DNA of 32,000 bases from Kiritimatiella glycovorans (GTDB taxonomy: Bacteria > Verrucomicrobiota > Kiritimatiellia > Kiritimatiellales > Kiritimatiellaceae): positions 360,001-392,000 of the forward strand of contig NZ_CP010904.1 in the NCBI RefSeq assembly GCF_001017655.1, given 5' to 3'. The notes beneath the pieces were generated by a model. That model ran no database searches and was not told where the DNA came from. It was given only the letters and a program-made list of their open reading frames with translations. This document shows positions 1-8,123 of this stretch, one piece after another; within the stretch, counting starts at the first letter, position 1, and each line of letters opens with the position of its first letter. The translations under genes were made by a program, and so were the position numbers.

Positions 1-1029
1 AAGATTTTCCGGACTGCGGGGATCGAAGACGAGCAGCGGAATACGAATCGAGGGTTCGTACATAAACCATTTCCCGTGGAATCCGTACTCGTATTCGAAG
101 TGGCCCTGGTCGCTGGTGTAGATCAGGATCGTATTGTCAGCCAGCCCCAGTTCGCTCAGCCGCTGTCGCAGTCGCCCGACCTGCCGGTCCACGCCGCTCA
201 CCAGCGTGAAGTACTGCTTCATGTGGCGGTGATGGTGTTCGAGGGTCGGGTTGCGGCCCCAGCCCCATTCGCGGGCGATGGACCCCTGTTCGCCGGCGAT
301 CGAATCCTGCAGGAACTTCGGCTGCGCGTCGAACGCCTCCGCGCTGAAGAGTTCGGGCACCGGCATGTCTTCGGGGTCATACAGATGATCGAGCCTGCGG
401 TCGTAGCCGTCCCAGGGACCGTGGCACGCCTTGAAACTGACGGAGAGGCAGAACGGCTTGTCCTGCCCGGACGCCTGTTCGACAAACTCGACCGCGTCGT
501 CGCCCATGATTTCGGTCATGTGTTTTTCGGGCTGCCGGGGATCGGGATAGTACTTGCCCTGTCCGACCACACCGCGCCAGAAGTCGAACCGGCCCGCGGG
601 ACTTTTCAGATGTTCCGGATGCGTCGCGCCCACGCCCCACTTGCCGATGAATCCCGTGTAGTAACCGTGTCGGCGCAGAATGGCCGGGTACGTCGCGTCA
701 ACCTGATCCTCCGTGAACGGTTCGATGAAATCGCGGATGCCGTGCGTGCGCATGTACTGGCCGGTCAGGACCGTCGCGCGGCTGGCCACACAGATGGACG
801 TAACCACGAACGCGTTCTCGAACGCCGTGCCCTCCGCCGCCATCGCATCCAGATGCGGGGTCTTCACTGCGGCGTTTCCGTAACACCCCAGCGTGTCCTT
901 GCGCTGGTCGTCCGTCATCAGAAAGATGATGTTCGGCCGCCCGCCCGGGGCACCGCGGGTAAGACCGCTCATGCCGAAGGCTGCAATCGCACCGGCGGAT
1001 GTCCCTGTAAGAAAAGATCTTCGTTCCAT
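1..1029 (-). CDS. Sulfatase (formylglycine-dependent arylsulfatase family), first 343 codons; 3' end lies beyond the window edge
   Basis: Hand translation of the minus strand from ATG at 1029: MERRSFLTGTSAGAIAAFGMSGLTRGAPGGRPNIIFLMTDDQRKDTLGCYGN...TSICVASRATVLTGQYMRTHG. It has a twin-arginine signal (RRSFL), the PNIIFLMTDDQ sulfatase N-terminus and a Cys-type active-site box. The frame stays open to position 1. It is absent from the ORF track because the window edge truncates it. The 76..1041 plus ORF is its antisense shadow. Confidence 0.85.
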   Translation of the reverse strand, partial: MERRSFLTGTSAGAIAAFGMSGLTRGAPGGRPNIIFLMTDDQRKDTLGCYGNAAVKTPHLDAMAAEGTAFENAFVVTSICVASRATVLTGQYMRTHGIRDFIEPFTEDQVDATYPAILRRHGYYTGFIGKWGVGATHPEHLKSPAGRFDFWRGVVGQGKYYPDPRQPEKHMTEIMGDDAVEFVEQASGQDKPFCLSVSFKACHGPWDGYDRRLDHLYDPEDMPVPELFSAEAFDAQPKFLQDSIAGEQGSIAREWGWGRNPTLEHHHRHMKQYFTLVSGVDRQVGRLRQRLSELGLADNTILIYTSDQGHFEYEYGFHGKWFMYEPSIRIPLLVFDPRSPENL

Positions 1030-1126
1030 GGGTACTCCTGACTTTGAATACTTCTGATCACGAAAACACATTGTAAAAAATGAAAGCGGATATTTGTCAA
1101 TATAATCCCTGAAAGTGACAGGACGA

Positions 1127-1174
1127 AAGAACGGAGTCTTCGTTCTTGACAGTGCTCCTTCAGGATAATAAAAC
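1127..1174 (+). promoter_or_regulatory. Candidate promoter/operator for the ABC transporter operon in the AT-rich divergent intergenic region
   Basis: TTGACA at 1146-1151, with possible -10 elements GATAAT/TAATAA/TAAAAC at 1164-1174 (spacing ambiguous). A 7-bp inverted repeat AAGAACG-N7-CGTTCTT (1127-1133 / 1141-1147) overlaps the -35. The region 1042-1255 is far more AT-rich than its surroundings. Confidence 0.3.
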
Positions 1175-1255
1175 GCTTCGATCATTAACTTTAAGTATTC
1201 TTTAAGGTGGGCTCGGCAGAGGGTAGTCTGACTGCTCCGGAGGGCAGCGCATCGG

Positions 1256-3838
1256 ATGGGTTATTCAATCAGGGATTCATGGAAACGCGCGGCGGGTCTG
1301 ATCCTGCTTGCGGGTGCGTTGCTCGGGGGTCTGCTGCTGGTGCGTACGGGGGTTGACGCCAGGGACGTGCTCGGCGAGGACGAGGTCGAGCTGCGTTTCG
1401 AGTCCTACTTCGCCTTCTCGCCCTCGGTGCGCGAGATGATCCGTGAGTTCGAGCATCTCTGCAGGAGGCGTCATGAGGCCACGGACGGCGAGTATCCCCT
1501 GTACAAGATCAGCGTCCAGCAGTCGGCCAATCGCGGCGAATCCGAGGATCCCACTCGTTTTGTGCTCAGCCTGATCGGCGGCGACCCGGCGGACGTGGTT
1601 TTTTTCGGCGATCATGTGATGGCGAAGTGGGCGTCGATCGACGCCTTCACGCCGCTCCGTCAGTACATGGAACGCGACCGCGAGGCGTGGGAGCGCTGGC
1701 AGGAGGAGAAGGAGCGCCGTGGTCGGGACGTCCTTCCCCCGTGGCCGGGCGCGGAGGCTGAAGCGCCTCGTGCGGAGGGGGCGCGGGCGCTGGCGGCGAT
1801 CGAACCCATTGACCGCGGGGACTATTTCGAGGCGTGCTGGCGGCAGGCCACCTACACCGACCCGAAGACCGGCGATGCGGACGTGTACGGGATTCCCTGC
1901 TGGGTGAACAGTCGTGCGCTGATCTACAACAAGGACATCCTGGTCCGCCACGGCTACACCAATGCGGCGGGCGAAGCGCGTCCGCCGCGCAACTGGGATG
2001 AACTCAGGGAGATGGCCGTAGGACTCACCGAGCGGGATGAGCAGGGCAACATGGATGTCGTCGGATTTATCCCCAACTACGGGAATGCCTGGCTGTATAT
2101 GTACGGCTGGCAGAACGGCGGCCGGTTCATGAGCGAAGACCGCACCACGGTCACGATGGACGATCCGCCGATCGTCGATGCGCTGGATTATGTGGTCGAT
2201 ATCTATGACCGCCTCGGTGGGGTGCAGGAGGTCAACGCCTTCGGAAGCTCCTTCCAGTCCGGTGCGTTGGATCCGTTTATCCTCGGCAAGGTGGCGATGA
2301 AGATCGACGGCGTGTGGAGCGTCGAGGATCTCGCCAAGTACGGGGAGAACCTCAATTTCGGGTGCTGTCCGGCCCCGATGCCGCAGGAGCAGCTGGACCG
2401 GGGGCGGGAACCGATTTCGTGGATCGGAGGGTCGAGTTACGCGATTCCCGCGAACTCCGATCACAAGCAGGGCGCGTGGGACTTTATCCGGTTTCTGCGC
2501 AGCCGCCGCGCGCAGCAGATCCGCTGCGCCGCCAAGTACTACGAAAACCTGGCCAAGGGCCAGTCGTATATCCCCACTCAGGACCCCAACCGCAGCCATA
2601 ACCGATGGGCGTACGAGCACTATGTCGTCGATAACGACAGTCTGAAACCCGAGCTGAAACACGCCATCAAGGTCTTCAACGATCTGCTCCCGGTGTCGAA
2701 GAACCGTCCGGTGACGCCGGTCGGGCAGAAGCTCTGGGACGCGCAGCTCTCGGCGACCGATGATGCGGTCTATCACCGCAGGACCCCGCAGGAGGCCTGC
2801 GAGTATCACAATGCCCAGGTGCAGCGCGAACTGAATGAATTGCTCTATCCCGCGCCCGGGGTCACGATCACGGACTGGACATGGTTTATCGTGTTGTACG
2901 GGGCTATCCTGGCGGCGCTCGCCGTCTGGGGGGTGCGCAATTACCGCCGGCGCGACACCGGAGGGCCGGGAACAAAACAGTGGTATGGCGGGCTCATTTC
3001 GGCCGCGCCGTGGATCATAGGGTTTGTCGCCCTGATCGGCGGGCCGTTGCTCTTTTCGATCGTTCTGAGCTTCTGCCGCTACGACGTGCTGAGTCCGGCG
3101 GTATTCATCGGCCTGGACAATTTCAGCAGGATGTTTGTCGAGGACGACCTCTTCTTTAAATCGCTCGGGAATACGGTATTCATGATCATCGGCGTCCCGC
3201 TCGGCCTCGCGACGGGGCTGGGGATGGCGCTGCTGCTCACGCAGAAAGTCCGCGGCGTCGCCCTCTGGAGGACGCTGTTCTACATCCCGAGCATCGTGCC
3301 GCACGTGGCCGCGAGCATTCTCTGGATCTGGATTTTCAACCCTTCGGGCGGACTGCTCAACCAGGCGCTGGGCATCTTCGGCCTCGAAGGCCCGCTGTGG
3401 CTGCAGGACCCGCGCACCGCCAAGCCGGCCCTGATCCTCATGAGCCTCTGGGCCGCGGGGGGGACGATGATCATCTGGATCGCGGGGTTGAAGAGCATCA
3501 GTGAGTCCTATTACGAGGCGGCGGCGATCGACGGCGCCAGCGCATGGCAGAAGTTCCGCTTCATTACGCTGCCGATGCTGACGCCGTACATCCTCTTCAA
3601 TCTGATCATGGGCATGATTATCACGTTCCAGGTCTTTACGCAGGCCTTCATCATGACCGGCGGCGGCCCGGTGAACTCGACGCTCTTCTATGTGTACCAT
3701 CTCTTCAATCAGGCGTTCCGTTATCTGAACATGGGGTATGCGGCGGCGATGGCGTGGTTCCTCTTCCTGATCATTGCCGTGCTCACGTTCTTCCAGCTCA
3801 AGGCCTCGAAGAAATGGGTCCATTACGAGGGCGGATAG
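1256..3838 (+). CDS. Fusion protein: N-terminal membrane anchor + family-1 extracellular solute-binding protein (sugar ABC type) + extra TM + MalF/UgpA-type ABC permease domain
   Basis: 860-aa ORF. The N-terminal TM is AAGLILLAGALLGGLLLV. SBP-like motifs are DPADVVFFGDHVMAKWASIDAFTPL, YGIPCWVNSRALIYNKDIL and NWDELREMA. A second TM (WFIVLYGAILAALAVWGV) and a basic linker follow, then a typical permease (PWIIGFVALIGGPLLFSIVLSF) with the EAA loop YEAAAIDGASAWQKFRFITLPML. Confidence 0.8.
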   Translation: MGYSIRDSWKRAAGLILLAGALLGGLLLVRTGVDARDVLGEDEVELRFESYFAFSPSVREMIREFEHLCRRRHEATDGEYPLYKISVQQSANRGESEDPTRFVLSLIGGDPADVVFFGDHVMAKWASIDAFTPLRQYMERDREAWERWQEEKERRGRDVLPPWPGAEAEAPRAEGARALAAIEPIDRGDYFEACWRQATYTDPKTGDADVYGIPCWVNSRALIYNKDILVRHGYTNAAGEARPPRNWDELREMAVGLTERDEQGNMDVVGFIPNYGNAWLYMYGWQNGGRFMSEDRTTVTMDDPPIVDALDYVVDIYDRLGGVQEVNAFGSSFQSGALDPFILGKVAMKIDGVWSVEDLAKYGENLNFGCCPAPMPQEQLDRGREPISWIGGSSYAIPANSDHKQGAWDFIRFLRSRRAQQIRCAAKYYENLAKGQSYIPTQDPNRSHNRWAYEHYVVDNDSLKPELKHAIKVFNDLLPVSKNRPVTPVGQKLWDAQLSATDDAVYHRRTPQEACEYHNAQVQRELNELLYPAPGVTITDWTWFIVLYGAILAALAVWGVRNYRRRDTGGPGTKQWYGGLISAAPWIIGFVALIGGPLLFSIVLSFCRYDVLSPAVFIGLDNFSRMFVEDDLFFKSLGNTVFMIIGVPLGLATGLGMALLLTQKVRGVALWRTLFYIPSIVPHVAASILWIWIFNPSGGLLNQALGIFGLEGPLWLQDPRTAKPALILMSLWAAGGTMIIWIAGLKSISESYYEAAAIDGASAWQKFRFITLPMLTPYILFNLIMGMIITFQVFTQAFIMTGGGPVNSTLFYVYHLFNQAFRYLNMGYAAAMAWFLFLIIAVLTFFQLKASKKWVHYEGG

Positions 3839-3845
3839 GATAGTC

Positions 3846-5540
3846 ATGTTGAAAGAACCCGACATAAAGGCCCGGAGAATGCGCAGGTTTCGCGGGGTGC
3901 TGCGCACGGTGGTGCTGTACACGCTGCTGATCGGCGGCAGCGCACTGTTCACCGTGCCGTTCGTGTGGATGATCGGCAGCAGTTTCAAGGTGGATCGCGA
4001 GATGTTCACCGAGGAATTGAAGATTCTGCCGCGGCGTCCGATTCCCGCGAAACGTTCTCCCTATCTCGATGCGCGCACTTTCAGCAAGCCGGAGGAGGAG
4101 GTGTTCGCCAGGGCCCGCCCCATGATTGAGGAGATCCTCGCCGCCCGTCCCCGCCCGGAGATCCCGATGGGCGTGATCGGCGAAAAAGATGCCGACGAGC
4201 TTCTGCTGCCGGGCGTGTTCCATCGGCTGTTCCGGACCATGCCGCTCGAGGACTGGGATCTTTCGGACGGCGAGCTGCATCGCAGGCTGGATGTGCAGAT
4301 CACGCCGGATCTCCTGGCCGATGTGGCGGAAAAGGCGCGCCGGCGCCTGCTGGTGGGGCCGGTGCGGGTGCGCAGCATCGACCTGCAGGAGAAAGAACTG
4401 ACCGAAGGACTGTCCTTCGCCGATTTCTGGAGCGTGGCCGAGGGTCCCGCCGAACTGCGCGACGCGCGGGACGGGCGCGGGGCGGTGGTGCATTACGACT
4501 TCTCCGCGCCCGGTAAACAGCGCGTGGTGCTCACGCGCAGAATGTCGATTCCCTTCGAGGTCGAGCGGCTGCAGCGGCTGATGGTGGCGATCACCCCGGA
4601 TGATTCGTGGCATGATCTGCGCTTTGAGATGGAGATGAACGGGCGCCTCTACCGGACCACGCGGGACGAGACGACCGGTCGTATCCAGTCGCGCATCATC
4701 ACACTTCAGGAACACGGCCCCGCGGACGCGTACAATTCCACCCGCATGCGTCTATGGACCCCTTACAAGCAGAAGGATAGCGGGCCGGAGTACGAGTCCC
4801 GCCCCCGCACGGTCAAGCTCAGTATGATCGTCGACGAAAACGGCGCGCTGGGGGCCTGGGGCCACAAGCTGATGCGCAACTACCGCAAGGTGTTCGATTA
4901 CGTCCCCTTCTGGCAGTACGTGCTCGTGAGCGTGGTGCTGCTCACGTTCAATATCGTCGGCGCCATTTTCTCCTGCTCACTGGTGGCCTACGCCTTTGCC
5001 CGCCTGGAATGGCCGGGACGCAAGCTGTGCTTTGCCGTGATGCTGGCCACGCTGATGATCCCGCCGCAGGTGACTATGGTTCCCTACTTTCTGATCGTGA
5101 AGAACCTGGGCTGGTACAACACCCTCACCCCGCTGTGGGTACTGAACTGGTGCGCGAACGCGTTCAATACGTTCCTGCTGATCCAGTTCATGCGGGGTAT
5201 TCCCAAGGATCTTGAGGATTCGGCGGTGATAGACGGCTGTAACTTCCTGCAGGTCTACTGGTATGTGATCATGCCGCTGGTGAAACCGACCCTGGCCTGT
5301 ATCGCGATCTTCACCTTCATGGCGGTGTGGAACGATTTCATGGGGCCGTTGATCTTCATCTCCGACCAGCAGCTCTACCCGCTGCCGCTCGGACTCTACG
5401 CCCTGCAGGTGGAACGCGGAACGGACTTCGGACTGATGATGGCCGGCTCACTGCTGATGACCCTTCCGGTGATCGTCGTGTTTTTCTTCGCCCAGAAATA
5501 CTTTATCCAGGGCATCGCGCTGACGGGGATGAAGGGGTAG
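3846..5540 (+). CDS. MalG-type carbohydrate ABC permease with a roughly 300-aa insertion between TM1 and TM2
   Basis: ATG at 3846 (MLKEPDIKARR...) lies 8 nt after the upstream stop; the track ORF start at 3774 overlaps the preceding gene. TM1 is VVLYTLLIGGSALFTVPFVWMIGSSF. A long hydrophilic stretch follows (approx nt 3990-4900). The canonical permease core then resumes (FWQYVLVSVVLLTFNIVGAIF ... EAA-like LEDSAVIDGCNFLQVYWYVIMPLVKP). Confidence 0.8.
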   Translation: MLKEPDIKARRMRRFRGVLRTVVLYTLLIGGSALFTVPFVWMIGSSFKVDREMFTEELKILPRRPIPAKRSPYLDARTFSKPEEEVFARARPMIEEILAARPRPEIPMGVIGEKDADELLLPGVFHRLFRTMPLEDWDLSDGELHRRLDVQITPDLLADVAEKARRRLLVGPVRVRSIDLQEKELTEGLSFADFWSVAEGPAELRDARDGRGAVVHYDFSAPGKQRVVLTRRMSIPFEVERLQRLMVAITPDDSWHDLRFEMEMNGRLYRTTRDETTGRIQSRIITLQEHGPADAYNSTRMRLWTPYKQKDSGPEYESRPRTVKLSMIVDENGALGAWGHKLMRNYRKVFDYVPFWQYVLVSVVLLTFNIVGAIFSCSLVAYAFARLEWPGRKLCFAVMLATLMIPPQVTMVPYFLIVKNLGWYNTLTPLWVLNWCANAFNTFLLIQFMRGIPKDLEDSAVIDGCNFLQVYWYVIMPLVKPTLACIAIFTFMAVWNDFMGPLIFISDQQLYPLPLGLYALQVERGTDFGLMMAGSLLMTLPVIVVFFFAQKYFIQGIALTGMKG

Positions 5541-5560
5541 GAAGAGGATGCCGGATCCTC

Positions 5561-6793
5561 TTAATCGTCTCTATCCCCGCGCATCTCCCGCCGGTACCGC
5601 CCCGGTGTTACGCCGGTGGCCTGCCGGAAGCGGCGGATGAAGTAGCTCTGTTCGCCGAAACCGACGTCGAGCGCGATGTCGGCGCAGGTGCGATCGGTCT
5701 GCTCCAGCAGGCGGCGCGATTCCTCGACCCTTCTGCGGCGGAGGTGTTCGACAATCGTGCGGCCCGTCACCTCCTTGGTCAGATGTGCAATACGGCTGAC
5801 ACTGAGTCCCGCGGCGCCGGCGACGTCCTCCAGCGTGAGCGGCTCGCGGAAGCGCATCTCGATACAGCGCAGCGCGGCATAGACCGGGGTGCTCGATCCG
5901 CTGGCGCCCACGAGGTACATGCTGTCCATGAATGCGTTGAGCGCCTCGATCACCGTGCCCGTCAATTCCTCGAAATCGTGCGCCTGCACGATCTTTCCCA
6001 TCCACTCGTAGTTGCGCTCGATCGCCGGACTGAGCCGCGGGTGATCTTCCACGGCGGCGCGCACGAGATAACCCATCATCTCCGTCGCGCGGGCGCGGAG
6101 GATGTGGATGTCCGGCGAGCGCGCAAACATCGACCCGAGCAGCCGGTTCAGGATGCGCCGCGCCCCCTTGCGGTCGCCGCTCTTCATCAGCGCCAGCAGC
6201 GTGCGCTCCTCGTCCAGCGGGTAGACCGGCCGCGGTGCCGCGTCGCGGGGATACAGCGTGTCGGTCATCTTCCGCCTCCGGATCGCTTCGGCCCGGTTCC
6301 GGTCGAGGATTCCGGGACGCCAGCCGCTGATGCGGTAGAAGGCGGTGAAGACGGCATCGGCCATGCGCCGCGCCAGGGCTTCGTCGCCGGCCGGCCGCGC
6401 CTCCGCTTCCGCCTCGGCCTCCGCACGCGTACAGCCGGCCGCCATCAGGTTCGTCACGCACTCCCGGCGCGCCTGCGGTCCGTCCGCGGTCAGCCGCGGC
6501 GTGCCGGTCAGCGCTCCGTTCAGGTCGTTCCCGTCGTTGAGCGGTACGATCCAGCTCAGCAGGCCCGGCAGGAGACTGAACACCCAGGGTTCACCCCAGC
6601 GGACGGATTCCTGAAAGGCCTCGCGACGGGACTGAACCGGAGACTCCGCGTTCAGCCAGCCGGAAGGAACCCCCGCCTCCCGAAGAGAACCGGCCAGATG
6701 CCCCTCCGGTGAACAGAGATAAAACGATTCCGCCTCCAGAGATTCCAGTTCTTCATAAAGGCGGGTTTGAAGTTCATGTGACAAAATCGGCAT
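5561..6793 (-). CDS. AraC/XylS-family transcriptional regulator with a roughly 290-aa uncharacterised N-terminal sensor region
   Basis: The C-terminal double HTH is LTLEDVAGAAGLSVSRIAHLTKEVTGRTIVEHLRRRRVEESRRLLEQTDRTCADIALDVGFGEQSYFIRRFRQATGVTPGRYRRE. ATG at 6793. It is divergent from the corrinoid protein gene. Confidence 0.8.
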   Translation of the reverse strand: MPILSHELQTRLYEELESLEAESFYLCSPEGHLAGSLREAGVPSGWLNAESPVQSRREAFQESVRWGEPWVFSLLPGLLSWIVPLNDGNDLNGALTGTPRLTADGPQARRECVTNLMAAGCTRAEAEAEAEARPAGDEALARRMADAVFTAFYRISGWRPGILDRNRAEAIRRRKMTDTLYPRDAAPRPVYPLDEERTLLALMKSGDRKGARRILNRLLGSMFARSPDIHILRARATEMMGYLVRAAVEDHPRLSPAIERNYEWMGKIVQAHDFEELTGTVIEALNAFMDSMYLVGASGSSTPVYAALRCIEMRFREPLTLEDVAGAAGLSVSRIAHLTKEVTGRTIVEHLRRRRVEESRRLLEQTDRTCADIALDVGFGEQSYFIRRFRQATGVTPGRYRREMRGDRDD

Positions 6794-6976
6794 AGTTCCG
6801 CGCTGCTCCCTCTTCCGTCTGCAGCATGATCGGGGATCTTTCTATCAGACGCCGCAGCAAATATGTACCATAAATTAACTGATATGCCCTATTCAGAAAG
6901 AGGGGCGGCTGGTAGATTTCGTCCCGATTTGAACAGGGAAACGGAAAGCGGATAAACGTAAAGGGAGGCATCCGGT

Positions 6977-7603
6977 ATGGCCAAGAATGAAGAACTGTTC
7001 CAGGCGGTGACGAAGGGGAAGCGCAAAGACGTGCAGGAGATCGTGCAGAAGGCGGTCGACGGGGGCGCGTCGGTAGAAGAGCTTCTGATGGACTCGATGA
7101 TTCCCGCGATGAAAGAGGTCGGCGACCGCTTCTCGCGGAACGAGGCCTATGTGCCGGAAATGCTGATCGCGGCGCGCGCAATGCAGGCGGGGCTGGATAT
7201 TATCGATCCGATCCTCGCCGAGCAGGGCCACGAGCCGAAGGGCCGCGTGGTGATCGGCACGGTCAAGGGCGACCTGCACGATATCGGTAAGAACCTGGTG
7301 ACGATGATGGTGAAGGGCGCGGGGTACCATGTCGAGGACATCGGCGTGGACTGCGATGTAGAGAAGTATAAGAAGGCCGTCGAAGATACCGGATCCAAGG
7401 CGGTCCTGCTCAGCGCTCTGCTGACGACCACGATGCCGTACATGAAGGAAGTCGTCGAGGCGTTCAAGGATTCGGACGTCAAGGTGGTCATCGGCGGCGC
7501 TCCCGTCACGCAGGAGTATGCCGACGAGATCGGGGCCGACGGTTATTCGAGCGACGCCAACCTGGCCGTGAGCGAAGTCGATCGCGTACTCGGCCTGAGC
7601 TGA
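6977..7603 (+). CDS. Corrinoid (cobalamin-binding) protein of the methyltransferase-cognate MtaC/MtbC/MetH-B12-domain type
   Basis: 208 aa with an N-terminal helical cap and a Rossmann-like B12 domain carrying the DxHxxG motif (GDLHDIGKNLV), followed by LLSALLTTTM and VVIGGAPV. RBS GGGAGG lies 7 nt upstream of the ATG. Confidence 0.85.
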   Translation: MAKNEELFQAVTKGKRKDVQEIVQKAVDGGASVEELLMDSMIPAMKEVGDRFSRNEAYVPEMLIAARAMQAGLDIIDPILAEQGHEPKGRVVIGTVKGDLHDIGKNLVTMMVKGAGYHVEDIGVDCDVEKYKKAVEDTGSKAVLLSALLTTTMPYMKEVVEAFKDSDVKVVIGGAPVTQEYADEIGADGYSSDANLAVSEVDRVLGLS

Positions 7604-7625
7604 GGCCGGTGCGATTGAAACGGAA

Positions 7626-7655
7626 AGCCGGTCCCGAGGGGCCGGCTTTTTTCTT
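7626..7655 (+). terminator. Rho-independent terminator-like hairpin after the corrinoid protein gene
   Basis: AGCCGG-tcccgagg-(G)GCCGGCT hairpin followed by TTTTTTCTT (T-run 7647-7652). It ends directly at the guaD start codon. Confidence 0.55.
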
Positions 7656-8123
7656 ATGGACATGAGATTTCTACGAGAGGCGATTCGCCTGTCGCGCGAG
7701 AAGATGGAGGCGGACGAAGGAGGCCCTTTCGGCGCGGTGATCGTGCGCGGGGACCGGATCCTCTCCCGCGGATGGAACCGGGTGACCCGCGCGAACGATC
7801 CTACGGCGCACGCCGAGATCTGCGCCATCCGTGCCGCATGCTCCGCGCTCGACCGCTTCGACCTCTCCGGCTGCACGCTCTACGCGAGCTGCGAGCCCTG
7901 CCCCATGTGCCTCGGCGCGATCTACTGGGCCCGGCTCGACGCGGTCGTGTTCGCTGCGACGCGTCGGGACGCGGCCGACGCGGGGTTTGACGATGCGTTC
8001 GTCTACCGGGATCTTTCGCAACCGATCGAGGCGCGAGCCATCCCGTTCAGGCAGGCCCTCCGTGAGGAGGCCCTGCCGGTGCTGGAGGCGTGGACGCGCA
8101 AAGAAGATCGGGTCGACTACTAG
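7656..8123 (+). CDS. guaD: Guanine deaminase (CDA-fold, GuaD type)
   Basis: 155 aa, colinear as recalled with Bacillus subtilis GuaD: GGPFGAVIV..NDPTAHAEICAIRAAC...LYASCEPCPMCLGAIYWARLDAVVFAA..DAADAGFDDAFVYRDL...IPF, including the C-terminal Tyr. It has the HAE and PCxxC zinc motifs. Confidence 0.85.
   Translation: MDMRFLREAIRLSREKMEADEGGPFGAVIVRGDRILSRGWNRVTRANDPTAHAEICAIRAACSALDRFDLSGCTLYASCEPCPMCLGAIYWARLDAVVFAATRRDAADAGFDDAFVYRDLSQPIEARAIPFRQALREEALPVLEAWTRKEDRVDY

Noticed and set aside
76-1041. 321-aa plus-strand ORF
   Set aside because: It is antisense to a clearly recognisable sulfatase frame, and its translation has no recognisable motifs. It is a typical high-GC shadow ORF.
1277-4009. 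910-aa minus-strand ORF; also 3798..4715 (-)
   Set aside because: Both are antisense to the SBP-permease and MalG-like genes, which have clear family motifs. Their Arg/Pro/Gly/Asp-rich composition is typical of GC-rich antisense frames.
6794-6976. Cobalamin riboswitch upstream of the corrinoid protein gene (AACAGGGAAACGGAAAGCGG resembles part of the B12 element core)
   Set aside because: No B12-box (GCCACTG-like) and no matching helices can be found by eye. It is more likely a plain divergent promoter region. An Rfam/Infernal scan would settle it.
5327-7876. 461-aa (+) ORF at 5327..6712, 296-aa (-) ORF at 5571..6461 and 327-aa (-) ORF at 6893..7876
   Set aside because: They overlap the AraC regulator and corrinoid protein genes in antisense or alternative frames and have no motifs.
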